From the NCBI RefSeq assembly GCF_001194135.2, contig NC_069001.1, positions 23,804,483-23,868,482 on the forward strand: DNA of 64,000 nucleotides, given 5' to 3'. The notes under the pieces are model-generated. The model was not told the origin of the DNA. It ran no database searches and was given only the letters and a program-made list of their open reading frames with translations. This document shows, piece after piece, positions 53,641 through 64,000 of this stretch. The stretch is from Octopus bimaculoides (lineage: Eukaryota). The first letter of the stretch is position 1. The number at the start of each line of letters is the position of its first letter. The translations under genes and the position numbers were made by a program.

Positions 53641-54097
53641 AAAGTGGATGGAACTCATGGAAGATAGAGAACCAGTAAGATGTGGGATGAAGTACTGAAG
53701 GATGATTTAAGGACACTGAGCCTCATGGAGGAGATAACAAAGGACCAAGATATCTGGCACCTTGCTGTACTCAAGAAGACACATCTTCTGCAGCAGAGGT
53801 GCTAAGGCCACTACCCCTGGTGAAGGGGATTGGCCAGCAAGAGGCATATGCTGATGTCACATAAAAAGCATCCATTCTGGTGCCCCATAAAAGTACTTGT
53901 GCTGGTGACATGTTAAAAGCACCCACTGAACATTGTAGAGTGGTTGGCATTAGGAAAGGGCATCCGGCTGTAGAAACTAAGCCAAATCAGTTTGGAGCCT
54001 GGTGCAGCTTTCCAGAGAGCCAGCTCTGGCTAAACAGTCCAATCAATGCCAGCATGGGAAAGCATTAAAGGATAATGGTTATGATGATGATGATGAT
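53640..54097 (+). mobile_element. RTE LINE 3' end
   Basis: VDGTHGR*RTSKMWDEVLKDDLRTLSLMEE...AVLKKT, then the same GGCATTAGGAAAGGGCATCC 3' UTR and (GAT)n tail. Confidence 0.8.
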
Positions 54098-55539
54098 TTT
54101 TCCATGCCATATTCAGTGACATCTTTCTTATTGCTAACCATTGTGTTTTCTCTCAAATAATCTATTGTTATTCTATTGGTGTTTAAGTGGAAACTGCCAA
54201 GACTGTTGTACTAAGCTGTGCATTATTTACAGACATTGTAAACAAATGCATTGAAGCCCCCAAGAAATTGTATTTATAGCTCTTGTGTGACACTTAGAAC
54301 TAAATCAGGTAGACTGATCTGAATAGAAATATGTAAGTCGCAACATTTGGAAAAGTGAGAAAATATTTTGAAAAAAATAAATGGAACAGGTGCAATAAGA
54401 ATCAGATAGTGTTTGAACTTGTTACATCTCTTTGAAATCTTCCCCTCTTATAAGTTTTAACATCTTTTTCTAAATAATGTTTATACATGGAAACTCTTTA
54501 TTTAAAGTTCTTTAAATCCACAAAACAAACACTTTATTTGCTTTTTTATTTATCTTTTTATTTACTTATTCTTGTCTTATTATATGTTTGTTTATTGATG
54601 TTTGATTCCAATCATTTTGACTCTCTGTGTTTATCTCTTTGTTTATTTATTGTTGTTTGTGTCTTTATTTTTCTCCTATTCTTACAGTTGAAGTAATATT
54701 TAGTGTCATTCAAAACAGAAGACTGTTTGAAAGTGTTTTTATTTTCAGTGCAGTTGCTTTGCCAAAACCTGTAACTTAGTATTCATTTATCTGCTTATTA
54801 AAGACATATAAATCTTGTTAATTCCTATCCAGAATTTCAGTAATTGCAGCTGAAACTTGTAGTTGCTGGAACAGCAGCAACAACAACAGTAATAACAGGA
54901 CTGAGCATTTTCAGCTAAATGTTGCAGAAATGCTACATAAATGTTGTTTATCTCCAGATCAGCCCTGTTTGAATAAACCTATGATCAAGGGAGTTCCAGC
55001 TTTGACAAACCTATCTATTTCCTATGTGCATGAAATGCAAGACCACATTGTCTAACATATTTCTTAATACAGTCAGTGTATGATTTACGAGAGATTTGGT
55101 TTTATTTCTAGCATGTTAAGTAACCACTTAAATGTTCCCTTATTAGCTCAAAAATGTCAAACGACCCTTTGAATAAAATTCTAGTTTCATTTGATTAGGA
55201 GATATATTTAATCATAGTTAACAGTAGAAGTGTGACATATTTTACCAATGCTTCGTTAGGTGAGTTTAACTTTTGTGGTTTTTTGTTGTTGTTTGTCCCC
55301 AGATAAGTTCTTACCAATCAAACTTAGGAGCCAAAGGCATTTCAATTATGAATATCCCATCTGTGTTTCTGTAGATTGCTTTCTCATTTTTTTCGAATAT
55401 TAGGTTGTCATAGATTCGAGGTGTTCCAAACGTGGTGTGTTTATTTTGATCTTTGGTGTCTCTCTATGTGGCCAAATCTCAAACAACACCCGAAAACAAT
55501 GTCAGCAGCTGACCATTGAAGACCAAGTCTGGTAGTATT

Positions 55540-55855
55540 AGCTACAGTGGTTTTGACCATGTCTGCAGGATGGGCCCTGGAAGATTACCACACCAACTTT
55601 TGTGGTGGAAGTGGCCCATACACTGGAGAATCAAGCACTGTATAGCAAAGAAGTCCTGGGCGAAACAAATTGTGGAAAACCTGAAGTTGCAGTGCCTTGA
55701 CCTCAAGCATGTTAGGACCAGCATCAGGGATCAAAAAGCATTGGAATAACATCATTGCCAGCATCTGTCATCCAGTGGCACCCACAACAGTGCATTGGTT
55801 GAGAGGAGAGACTGTCCCTCCGGTCACCAGCGAGGGATTAAAGAAGAAGAAGGCT
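55540..55855 (+). mobile_element. 3' fragment of another RTE-like LINE
   Basis: F(D)HVCRMGPGRLPHQLLWW...KKSWAKQIVENLK resembles the RTE C-terminal WFGHVxRM...RLP...W motif; ends in a GAAGAAGAAG tail. Confidence 0.65.
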
Positions 55856-55859
55856 GAGA

Positions 55860-56075
55860 TAGGCAACGAGCTGGCAGAATGGTTAGCATGCTGGGAAAAT
55901 TACTTAGAGGCATTTCATCTGTCTTAATGATCTGAGTTCACATTCCACCAAGCTGGATTTTACCATTCATTCATTTTGGGGTCGATAAAATAAGTACCAG
56001 TTGAACTATGGAGGTGGTGTAATCAACTTAATCCCTCTCCTGAAATTGCTGGCCTTGTGCCAGAACTTGAGACCA
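55860..56075 (+). mobile_element. tRNA-derived SINE family B with Meta-domain-like centre
   Basis: Head GGCAACGAGCTGGCAGAATGGTTAGCA...GAGTTCACATTCC; centre CATTCATTTTGGGGTCGATAAAATAAGTACCAG resembles the MetaSINE domain (recalled). Plus copies also at 45325-45545 and ~6280-6420. Confidence 0.75.
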
Positions 56076-57019
56076 AAATATTACGTTGTAATACAAGGGA
56101 GATTTGTTTGCTATTTCTAGCAAGATGAATGAATGTGTATTTACTATTTCATTTGATTGACACTCCTCAGCTACGACAATGAGTGTTCCAGTTGATCTGA
56201 TCAGTGCAACAGCTTGCTTGTGAAATTAACATGAAAATGGCTGAGTACTCCACAGACATAGTCCTTGGGGAAATTCAGTGTGACACAAAATGTGACAACA
56301 CTCACCCTTTAAAATACAGCTGAGTAGAGTGGAGCAATGTGAAGTGAAGTGCCTTGCTCAAGAACACAATGCACCTCCAGGAATTGAACTCACAACCTTA
56401 CAATTGTGAGCCAAACGCCCTACCCATTAAGCCACACTTTCACTCTTTCATTTGCTCAAGTAGAATCTCCCATATTGATTCACATAAAGCATCCATATCA
56501 AACTGCATAGAGTTTCCCTCATTAGCCCATGCTAATCTAATCAAGTGTAATAACAATGGATATCTCTTCCACTATTGCCAATTGCTTTAATACTTCAATG
56601 ATAAACATCTCTAATTAGGGGGAAGAAAAAAAAAAAAACAAGCAATTTACTATGATTAGCATATTTCTATGAAATCACTGTGCTATTGATTGATTCCCCA
56701 CTGTTAATTATTATAGCTTTAAAAACAGAAAGGAGAGCGAGATAATTTTATGTCTTTGTGAGTGAATGAGTGGGTGTGAGTCTGTGTGAAAAACATTCAG
56801 CACTTCACATTATTTGAATGGCTGACCATATTTCAATCTGATGTATTCAACTGCAAGTTTTCTAATTGTGGTGCCATTGATGGGTTTTAAATAATGGACT
56901 CCTTGGGTCCTTACTCTGCTGACAGTTTTAGTTACCACACAAGATTATTAAAATGATAACATTTCAATAGTAATAGCAATATTATCTCTGGGTCATCTTG
57001 GGTTTTTGTCTTCTCTCTC

Positions 57020-57455
57020 TCTCTCTTGTAGTAGTAGTAGTAGTAGTAGTGATCTTGGCAATGGTGGTGGTTTTCGGTTGCTACTGTATCCCACCTCCAA
57101 TACTAGTAGTAGTTTTAGTTATAGTAGTGGCGATGGTGGTGCCAGTGTTGGTCTTGGTGGTGGTGGTGGTGGTGGGATGGTGATACTGATGCTGGTGGCT
57201 TTTCGTTAGTGCTTTCTGTCACCTCTAGTAGTAATAGTAGTAGTAGTAGTAGTAGTAGTAGCAGCAGCAGTAGTAGTAGTAGTAGTAGTAGCAGCAGCAG
57301 TAGTAGTAGTGGTAGTGGTGGTGGTGGTGGTAGTAGTAGTAGTGGTAGTAGTAGTAGTAGTAATAGTGGCAGAGTTGGTGGTGGTGGTGGTGATTGCACT
57401 AGTAGTAGTTGAAGTAGGAGAAGCAGCAGCAGCAGTAGTAGTAGTAGTAGTAAGT
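57020..57455. repeat. Compound (TAG)/(CAG)/(TGG) trinucleotide microsatellite
   Basis: Direct inspection; source of the poly-Ser/Val/Leu ORF-track entries. Confidence 0.9.
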
Positions 57456-58659
57456 GACGGCTTTACTGAGGAGTGCTAATCCAATTACATGCCATCATTA
57501 AACCTCTAATAATGATCTTTTGCGTCGTCTTCTTTGTCCTGCTTGATTACAATAACTCATAAAAGGTAATGATTTTTCTCTTCACAAATGTTATAATTCA
57601 TTTAAATGGGAATTTTTCCTGGCTCACTAGATTAAGTACACAAGCCAGCATTTAACTAGTTGCTGAGATAAATTATTATAAGTTTTACTCTTGTGTAAGA
57701 GGTCCACATGAAGATAGCTGGGAAAAGATTGACTAAAGATGTGGAAGAGATGATAAGACTGAAGATACAGACTTGGCCATGGAATTAAAAGGTCTGCTTG
57801 TCAGTGGTTTGGAACTGGATTTGTTGTTGTTGTTGTTGTTGTTGTTGTTGGTGTGTGTGTCTATTCGTGACAAAAGCAGTATTTGCACTATGTGTTTATA
57901 TGAGAGGACTTTTTGAGATGAATATTGAAATGTTGCGGCTTTCCAACAAGGCATCCATGTTAAGTTGGATATAAAGATTGCCCTTGCATACTAATACCGC
58001 TTCTGTGGCAAATAATAATTTTTTTAGTAAGCTTACTGGCTATTTGTGATATCAGTGAATGGAAATACACTGATATTCTATATATCATGGTAGTGAGATT
58101 TGGCTGGCATGTGGTCACTGGATGTCTGTCACTGAAGTAGTTCAGTATACTGAAATAATGTGATTTGGCAGTTCCAGGGCCAATACCAGATGATTCACGT
58201 CTGCTACAATATATGCCTGTGCTTTTATGCATCATGCATTTAGATAAAAGGCTCTTTTGAGGTAAATATAGCATTTTAACAAGACATTCACATGAAGTTG
58301 GGTATATATTATCATCATTCCTTATTGTTCACCTTCCATGCTGGCTTGGGTTGGATGGTTTGAAAGAAGCTGGTCAGGCAAAATTTGAAGAAAGAAGAAA
58401 AAAAACATAATAATAATAACAACATTGAAAATACCTTAGGAATAAGGACCCAGATTTGAAATTTCCCCAAGACACCTGATGAAGGCTGGAGGGTGTATCA
58501 GCTGAAACATTGTGTTAGGAACACACAAGATGAAGACAAATATCTGTCAAATGTAAATATCTTAAATATAAAACTGTATGAAAACAATAATTGTGTCAAT
58601 GACTAATTTTTGTCAAAAAAGGCATGGCAATAAGGCTGGAATTTTTTGAATTAATAAAA

Positions 58660-59200
58660 TCCAGAAGGCAGTAGGATGTAAGTATAATAATTGATGAGGG
58701 CAGCTGCATCAAGAAGTGGTGATCTCTAATTGTGGAGGGAACATGCGGAAGAGGTAGACGCATAAAGACATGCGGTGAAGTGGTGAGAAAAGATCTTCTG
58801 ATATTGGGCCTCACAGAAGGGATGATGAGGGACTGAGACTGCTGGCTGTTTGCTGTGCTTGAGAAGACATATCAGACTAAGAAAAATTGAGACTGTCTTT
58901 GCATACAGGCACGGCCCCTATGTCCCTTCTTCAGCTGAGTGATGGTAATCTTGCAGGCTTGTAGTTGCTGGTGTTATGTAAAATGCCTGTCCTGGTGCCA
59001 TGTAAAACTGTCTCTGCCAGTGCCATGTGAAAACACTTAGGACACTCTTTAAAGTTGTTGGCATTAGGAAGGGCATCCAGCTGTAGAAACCAAACCAAAA
59101 CAGACTATGGAACCTGGTGCAGCTCTTCAGCTGGCCAGCTCCTGTCAAGCCATCCAACCCATGCCAACATGGCAAACAGACATTAAATGATGATGATGAT
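58660..59200 (+). mobile_element. RTE LINE 3' end (ORF2 C-terminus, 3' UTR, (GAT)n tail)
   Basis: IVEGTCGRGRRIKTCGEVVRKDLLILGLTEGM...AVLEKT followed by GGCATTAGGAAGGGCATCCAGCTGTAGAAAC...GATGATGATGAT. Confidence 0.85.
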
Positions 59201-61552
59201 AACCCAAACATGTTTTGGTGTTGTTACACCTCATCAGTGAAATATAGTCTAATTATGGCTGCAATATCTTGAAATGATGAGAGAGAAATATAAGATTCTA
59301 GGAATTTATAACATAATTTAATAGAATGATTGAACAAAAAATACCCAGGTACGCCTTCTGCATGAAATCACATGTAAGCACAAATGTGCTGATGTACCAC
59401 ACATTCAACTAATTATAGACTGCATCATGTCATTGCTCTGGTGTATATATTCCTCCCTGGAGGAATATATACACCAGATAAACAGGGGAACCAGGCCCAT
59501 TCTCCTTACAAAGTAGTGTGGATTAACCAGTGTTACCAGATCTTCTTGAAGCAATGATATTGAAGTAGAGAATACCAAAGGATGAATGATGGGGCAAAAC
59601 CTTAATAACCATAGTATTCCTGTGAGAAACAATTGTCCCACGTATTATTAAGTTTGAAATCCTAGAGCAATGCACCCCCCTCCAGCTTGCCAGCCCTGGT
59701 CAAACCATCCAACCCATACCAGCATGGGCAATGAATGCTAAATGATGATCATGATGATGGATGATGCTGTGTTTAATTAATTCAATGACTTGGTAATTCA
59801 GTTGATCAAATAACAGAATACTCGTCATCTAATCAGAGGTCTATTAAAATCTACAATTATACATGTCTGTAGAAGAAGGATCCTGTTTAAGGCAGGTTTG
59901 GCTACTGTTTCTCATTGATTCAACAACCACATAATGGCTTCTTCATTAGCTCACTGTGACAATTCTTTCTAATTTTGCCCCAAGGCCAGTAATTCTAAGC
60001 AGACAGAGTAAGTTGATTACATCATGTCTAGTGATCAGTTGGTGCTTATTGTAGTGACCCTGGAAGGATGAAAGGTGACATCAGCCTCAGCACTATTTGA
60101 TCTCTGGATGCAAAGAATCAGAAGAAATACCACTAATTACTATGTCTGACATGTTAATGATTCTTCCAATCCACCACCTTAATAAATAACAAAATAATTG
60201 CTTCAAATTTTGGCACAAAGCCAGCAATTTTAAGGGAGGGGTTAAGTTGAGTACTTCAACCCCACTGGTCAACTGATACTTATTTTAATCAATCGCGAAA
60301 GAATGCAAGTTGACCTTGGTGGCATTTGATCTCAGGATGTGAAGAATCAGAAGAAATACCACCAAGCATTTTGTCCAAAATACTAAGAATTCTGCCAACC
60401 CCCTACCCTATTGGTTCCTCACTGTAATAATATTGTTGAGCTGAGTAAATAAAGTTCTGACAGTTGAAGAACTTGATAAATTGGAGTGACTTTAAGTCAA
60501 TAGCTTTTATTGGTTTCACTTATTGCTTGATGACTGGTTGATAATAAATGACTGACTGAATTGATTGACTGTCAGTTTACTACTGGCAGCTGGTGTTGGC
60601 TGATAATTAAAGTGACAAACTAGTTGACTAGAATACTGATTTTCAGATGGTGTATTTGGCAGAATAGTGGGCTTTGGGGTGAGGTGGGGTGAGGGAAAGA
60701 GATGTAGCTAGGTGCACCACAAATTTAATAAAATCATACTTAAAAAAAATATGAAAAATTCAAACTGGAAATTTATGCTTCGTTTATTGAATAAAGAATT
60801 AAGTACTGAATGATTTTGTTTGTATGTATGTATGTATGTATGTATGTACGTACGTAGGTGTATATGCGTGTGTATATTCTTTTATTTACTTTAGTCATTT
60901 GGCTGCAGCCATACTGGAGCACTGCTTTAAAGGGTTGTAGTCAAATAAATCAACCCCAGGACTTATTCTTTATAAATCTAGTTGACTAGAATACTGAATA
61001 CTATAAAGTCTCTTTTTAGTGAACTGCTAAGTTACAGGGACATAAACACAGTGGCTTCAGTTGTCTAGTAATGGTGGGGGTACAAACACAGGCACACACA
61101 CATAAAGACATGCAAATATACATATATATACAATGGGCTTCTTTCAGTTTCTGCCTATCAAATCCACTCACAAAGCTTTATAGTAGAAGACGTTTATAGT
61201 AGAAGACTGAACCTGGAATCAGGTGGTTGAGAAGCAAGCTTCTTGCCACACAGCCACACCTGTGCCTATATATATATGTATGGGGTGAAGTGACGAAGCA
61301 TGATCTTTCAACTTTGAGCCCCACAGAGGCAATGACTAGTGACTGGGAACTTTGGCAATATGTTGTGCCTGAGAAGACCCGTCGAGCCAAGTGAAATAGT
61401 AGTCATGGCTGATGTTGGTGGAATGTAACTGGCACCCGTGCCAGTAGCATGTAAAGAGCACCGTTTAAACATTGGGCCTCATGGAGGCAAAGTGGCTGAG
61501 TTCCTTTTGAGTGCTGGGTATCATGGGAGCAATGTCCAAGACCTTTGGCATT

Positions 61553-62552
61553 ATGTCATAGTATATGGGGATTGGACAATAAGTGCAAGCCAGTGTCAAT
61601 GGTGGTTCCAGAAATTCCAAGCTGGAAACTAAAGCCTCATTCTGGAAGATCTGTGGAGCTTGACAAGGATGTCCGGCAAACCCTGGTGGAACAAAATCCT
61701 ATTGTAACTGTTAAGGAACTAGCAGAGAAGCTTGGATTTGGTCATTCAACCATTCATTGACACTTGCATGCCATTGGAAAAGTCAGCAAATTGGGTCAAT
61801 GGGTTCCTCACAAACTTTCCAAGTCCAATTGCATGCAGAGAGTGAATGTGTGCTCTTCTTTGTGGTCACATCTCTCGAATGAACATTTTTTGAACTGAAC
61901 AGTGACTGGTGACAAGAAATGAGTTCTTTTTAACAATTTCAAGCACCAAAGACAGTGGGTAGGAAAAGGAGAAAACTGGGCACCCCAGGCTAAAGAAGAT
62001 TTTCACCCACATAGGGTGTTATCTGTTTGGTGGGATATGAAAGGTTTAGTCCACTTTTAACTTCTAAACCCAAACCAACCAATAACAAAGGAGATCTACT
62101 GGGAGCAGTTTGATCGGCTTAAGTCAGGGTTAGAAGAAAAACGACAATTTTTGGTTTCAAGACAAAAGGTGTTCTTCCATCAGGATAATGCTTGGCCATA
62201 TACAGCAAGGATGACAATCCAAAGGCTGGAGCAGTTTGAATAGGAAACAATGCCCCACCTGTCATATTCACCAGACATTGCCTCATCTGATTATCATTTA
62301 TTCTGCAATCTTCAAAATCATTTGGAAGGAGAAAATATGAATTCTGTAGAAGAGGTCAGAACAGTACTGGAGTATTTTTTGTCACAGACAAGGAATTTTG
62401 GAAGAGGGTCCTTGCAAGTCCACTAGATAGATGGAAGAACATTGTAGAAAATGAAGGAGAGTATATTTTAGGTTAAAAAAGAACTTTGTTTATCTTAATT
62501 TTGAAAAATAAAAGAAGTATAAAAAAAGCCACATTATTTATGGGATGACTCA

Positions 62553-62555
<3 letters not shown>
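61553..62555 (+). mobile_element. 5'-truncated degenerate mariner (DD34D), different subfamily
   Basis: VYGDWTISASQCQWWFQKF...SGRSVELD...LGQWVPHKL...VTGDKK*...VWWDMKG...HQDNAWPY...YSPDIASSDYHLF (34 residues between 2nd and 3rd D). Right TIR-like end CATTATTTATGGGATGACTCAATA at ~62532-62555. Many stops. Confidence 0.92.
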
Positions 62556-62584
<29 letters not shown>

Positions 62585-63685
62585 GCACACATAATTTTGA
62601 ATGTGTGCATGTGTATATATGTATATATGTATTATGTATATATGTATTATATATATATATANNNNNNNNNNNNNNNNNNNNNNNNNNNNNNNNNNNNNNN
62701 NNNNNNNNNNNNNNNNNNNNNNNNNNNNNNNNNNNNNNNNNNNNNNNNNNNNNNNNNNNNNNNNNNNNNNNNNNNNNNNNNNNNNNNNNNNNNNNNNNNN
62801 NNNNNNNNNNNNNNNNNNNNNNNNNNNNNNNNNNNNNNNNNNNNNNNNNNNNNNNNNNNNNNNNNNNNNNNNNNNNNNNNNNNNNNNNNNNNNNNNNNNN
62901 NNNNNNNNNNNNNNNNNNNNNNNNNNNNNNNNNNNNNNNNNNNNNNNNNNNNNNNNNNNNNNNNNNNNNNNNNNNNNNNNNNNNNNNNNNNNNNNNNNNN
63001 NNNNNNNNNNNNNNNNNNNNNNNNNNNNNNNNNNNNNNNNNNNNNNNNNNNNNNNNNNNNNNNNNNNNNNNNNNNNNNNNNNNNNNNNNNNNNNNNNNNN
63101 NNNNNNNNNNNNNNNNNNNNNNNNNNNNNNNNNNNNNNNNNNNNNNNNNNNNNNNNNNNNNNNNNNNNNNNNNNNNNNNNNNNNNNNNNNNNNNNNNNNN
63201 NNNNNNNNNNNNNNNNNNNNNNNNNNNNNNNNNNNNNNNNNNNNNNNNNNNNNNNNNNNNNNNNNNNNNNNNNNNNNNNNNATCTATATATATACATACA
63301 TACACACACGTATGTATATATATATATTATATAAGTCCCATTTTCAATTTTTATATATATTATATAAGTAGTTAGGGTAAATCCCACCTCTTGAAGCACA
63401 TCTGCTTATTTCAGTATTACTATGAATACATACCCACACTTGCTGGTGTATGATACTCAAAATGCATATTAAAAATGAGAATTATGGAAATATCATTTGC
63501 AGATTTATCGTATAATGAAATAGGAAAGTGGAAACTTTTTGGTATTATTTATTCTCCACTTTGAATTTCTAATATGAAATTCCTTTACACTTATATCTAA
63601 CATGTAAATCTTTGTAATTCCTTTTAGCAAATGAAACATGTGTAATGGAAAGTAAATAACACCAAAAAATTTCCACTTTCCTGTT

Positions 63686-64000
63686 TTTTACTCTTTTACT
63701 TGTTTCAGTCTTTTGACTGTGGCCATGCTGGAGCACCGCCTTTAGTTGAGCAAATCGACCCCAGGACTTATTCTTTAGAAGCCTAGTACTTATTCTATCA
63801 GTCTCTTTTGCCGAACCGCTAAGTTAAGGGGACATAAACACACTAGCATCGGTTGTCAAGCGATGTTGGGGGGACAAACACAGACACACAAACACATACA
63901 CACATACATATATATATATATATACATACATATATACGACGGGCTTCTTTCAGTTTCCATCTACCAAATCCACTCACAAGGCTTTGGTCAGCCCGAGGCT
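63686..64000 (-). mobile_element. Family A SINE running off the window end
   Basis: Tail TTTTACTCTTTTACTTGTTTCAGTC through ...CAAGGCTTTGGTCAGCCCGAGGCT, near-identical to 5445-5770. Confidence 0.9.

Overview
AT-rich eukaryotic genomic DNA from a gapped scaffold (N-runs at 1738-1747, 2673-3588, 8061-8941, ~17086-17095, 20576-20938, 22620-22718, 49496-49595, ~50138-50147, 52402-52693, 62662-63280). The repeat families look like octopus (coleoid cephalopod) repeats; this is recalled pattern recognition, not a database result. I found no intact protein-coding gene, RNA gene or CRISPR array. Most ORF-track entries are microsatellite or N-gap artefacts. The window is intronic or intergenic and dense in transposon relics: two degenerate Ty3/Gypsy LTR retrotransposons (26.2-30.3 kb on +; 40.4-41.8 kb on -, with a 3' LTR), two DD34D mariner elements, Penelope-like GIY-YIG fragments, a restriction-like-endonuclease (R4/Dong/NeSL-type) LINE end, several RTE LINE fragments, a Tigger/pogo remnant, MITEs, and many copies of at least three tRNA-derived SINE families. 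The most unusual structure is a TIR-bounded mariner (50165-51846) whose N-terminal DNA-binding region is replaced by a nearly open antisense Penelope fragment. A few short templated insertions, foldbacks and weak candidate host micro-exons are also noted. Nothing here convincingly shows a new biological system.
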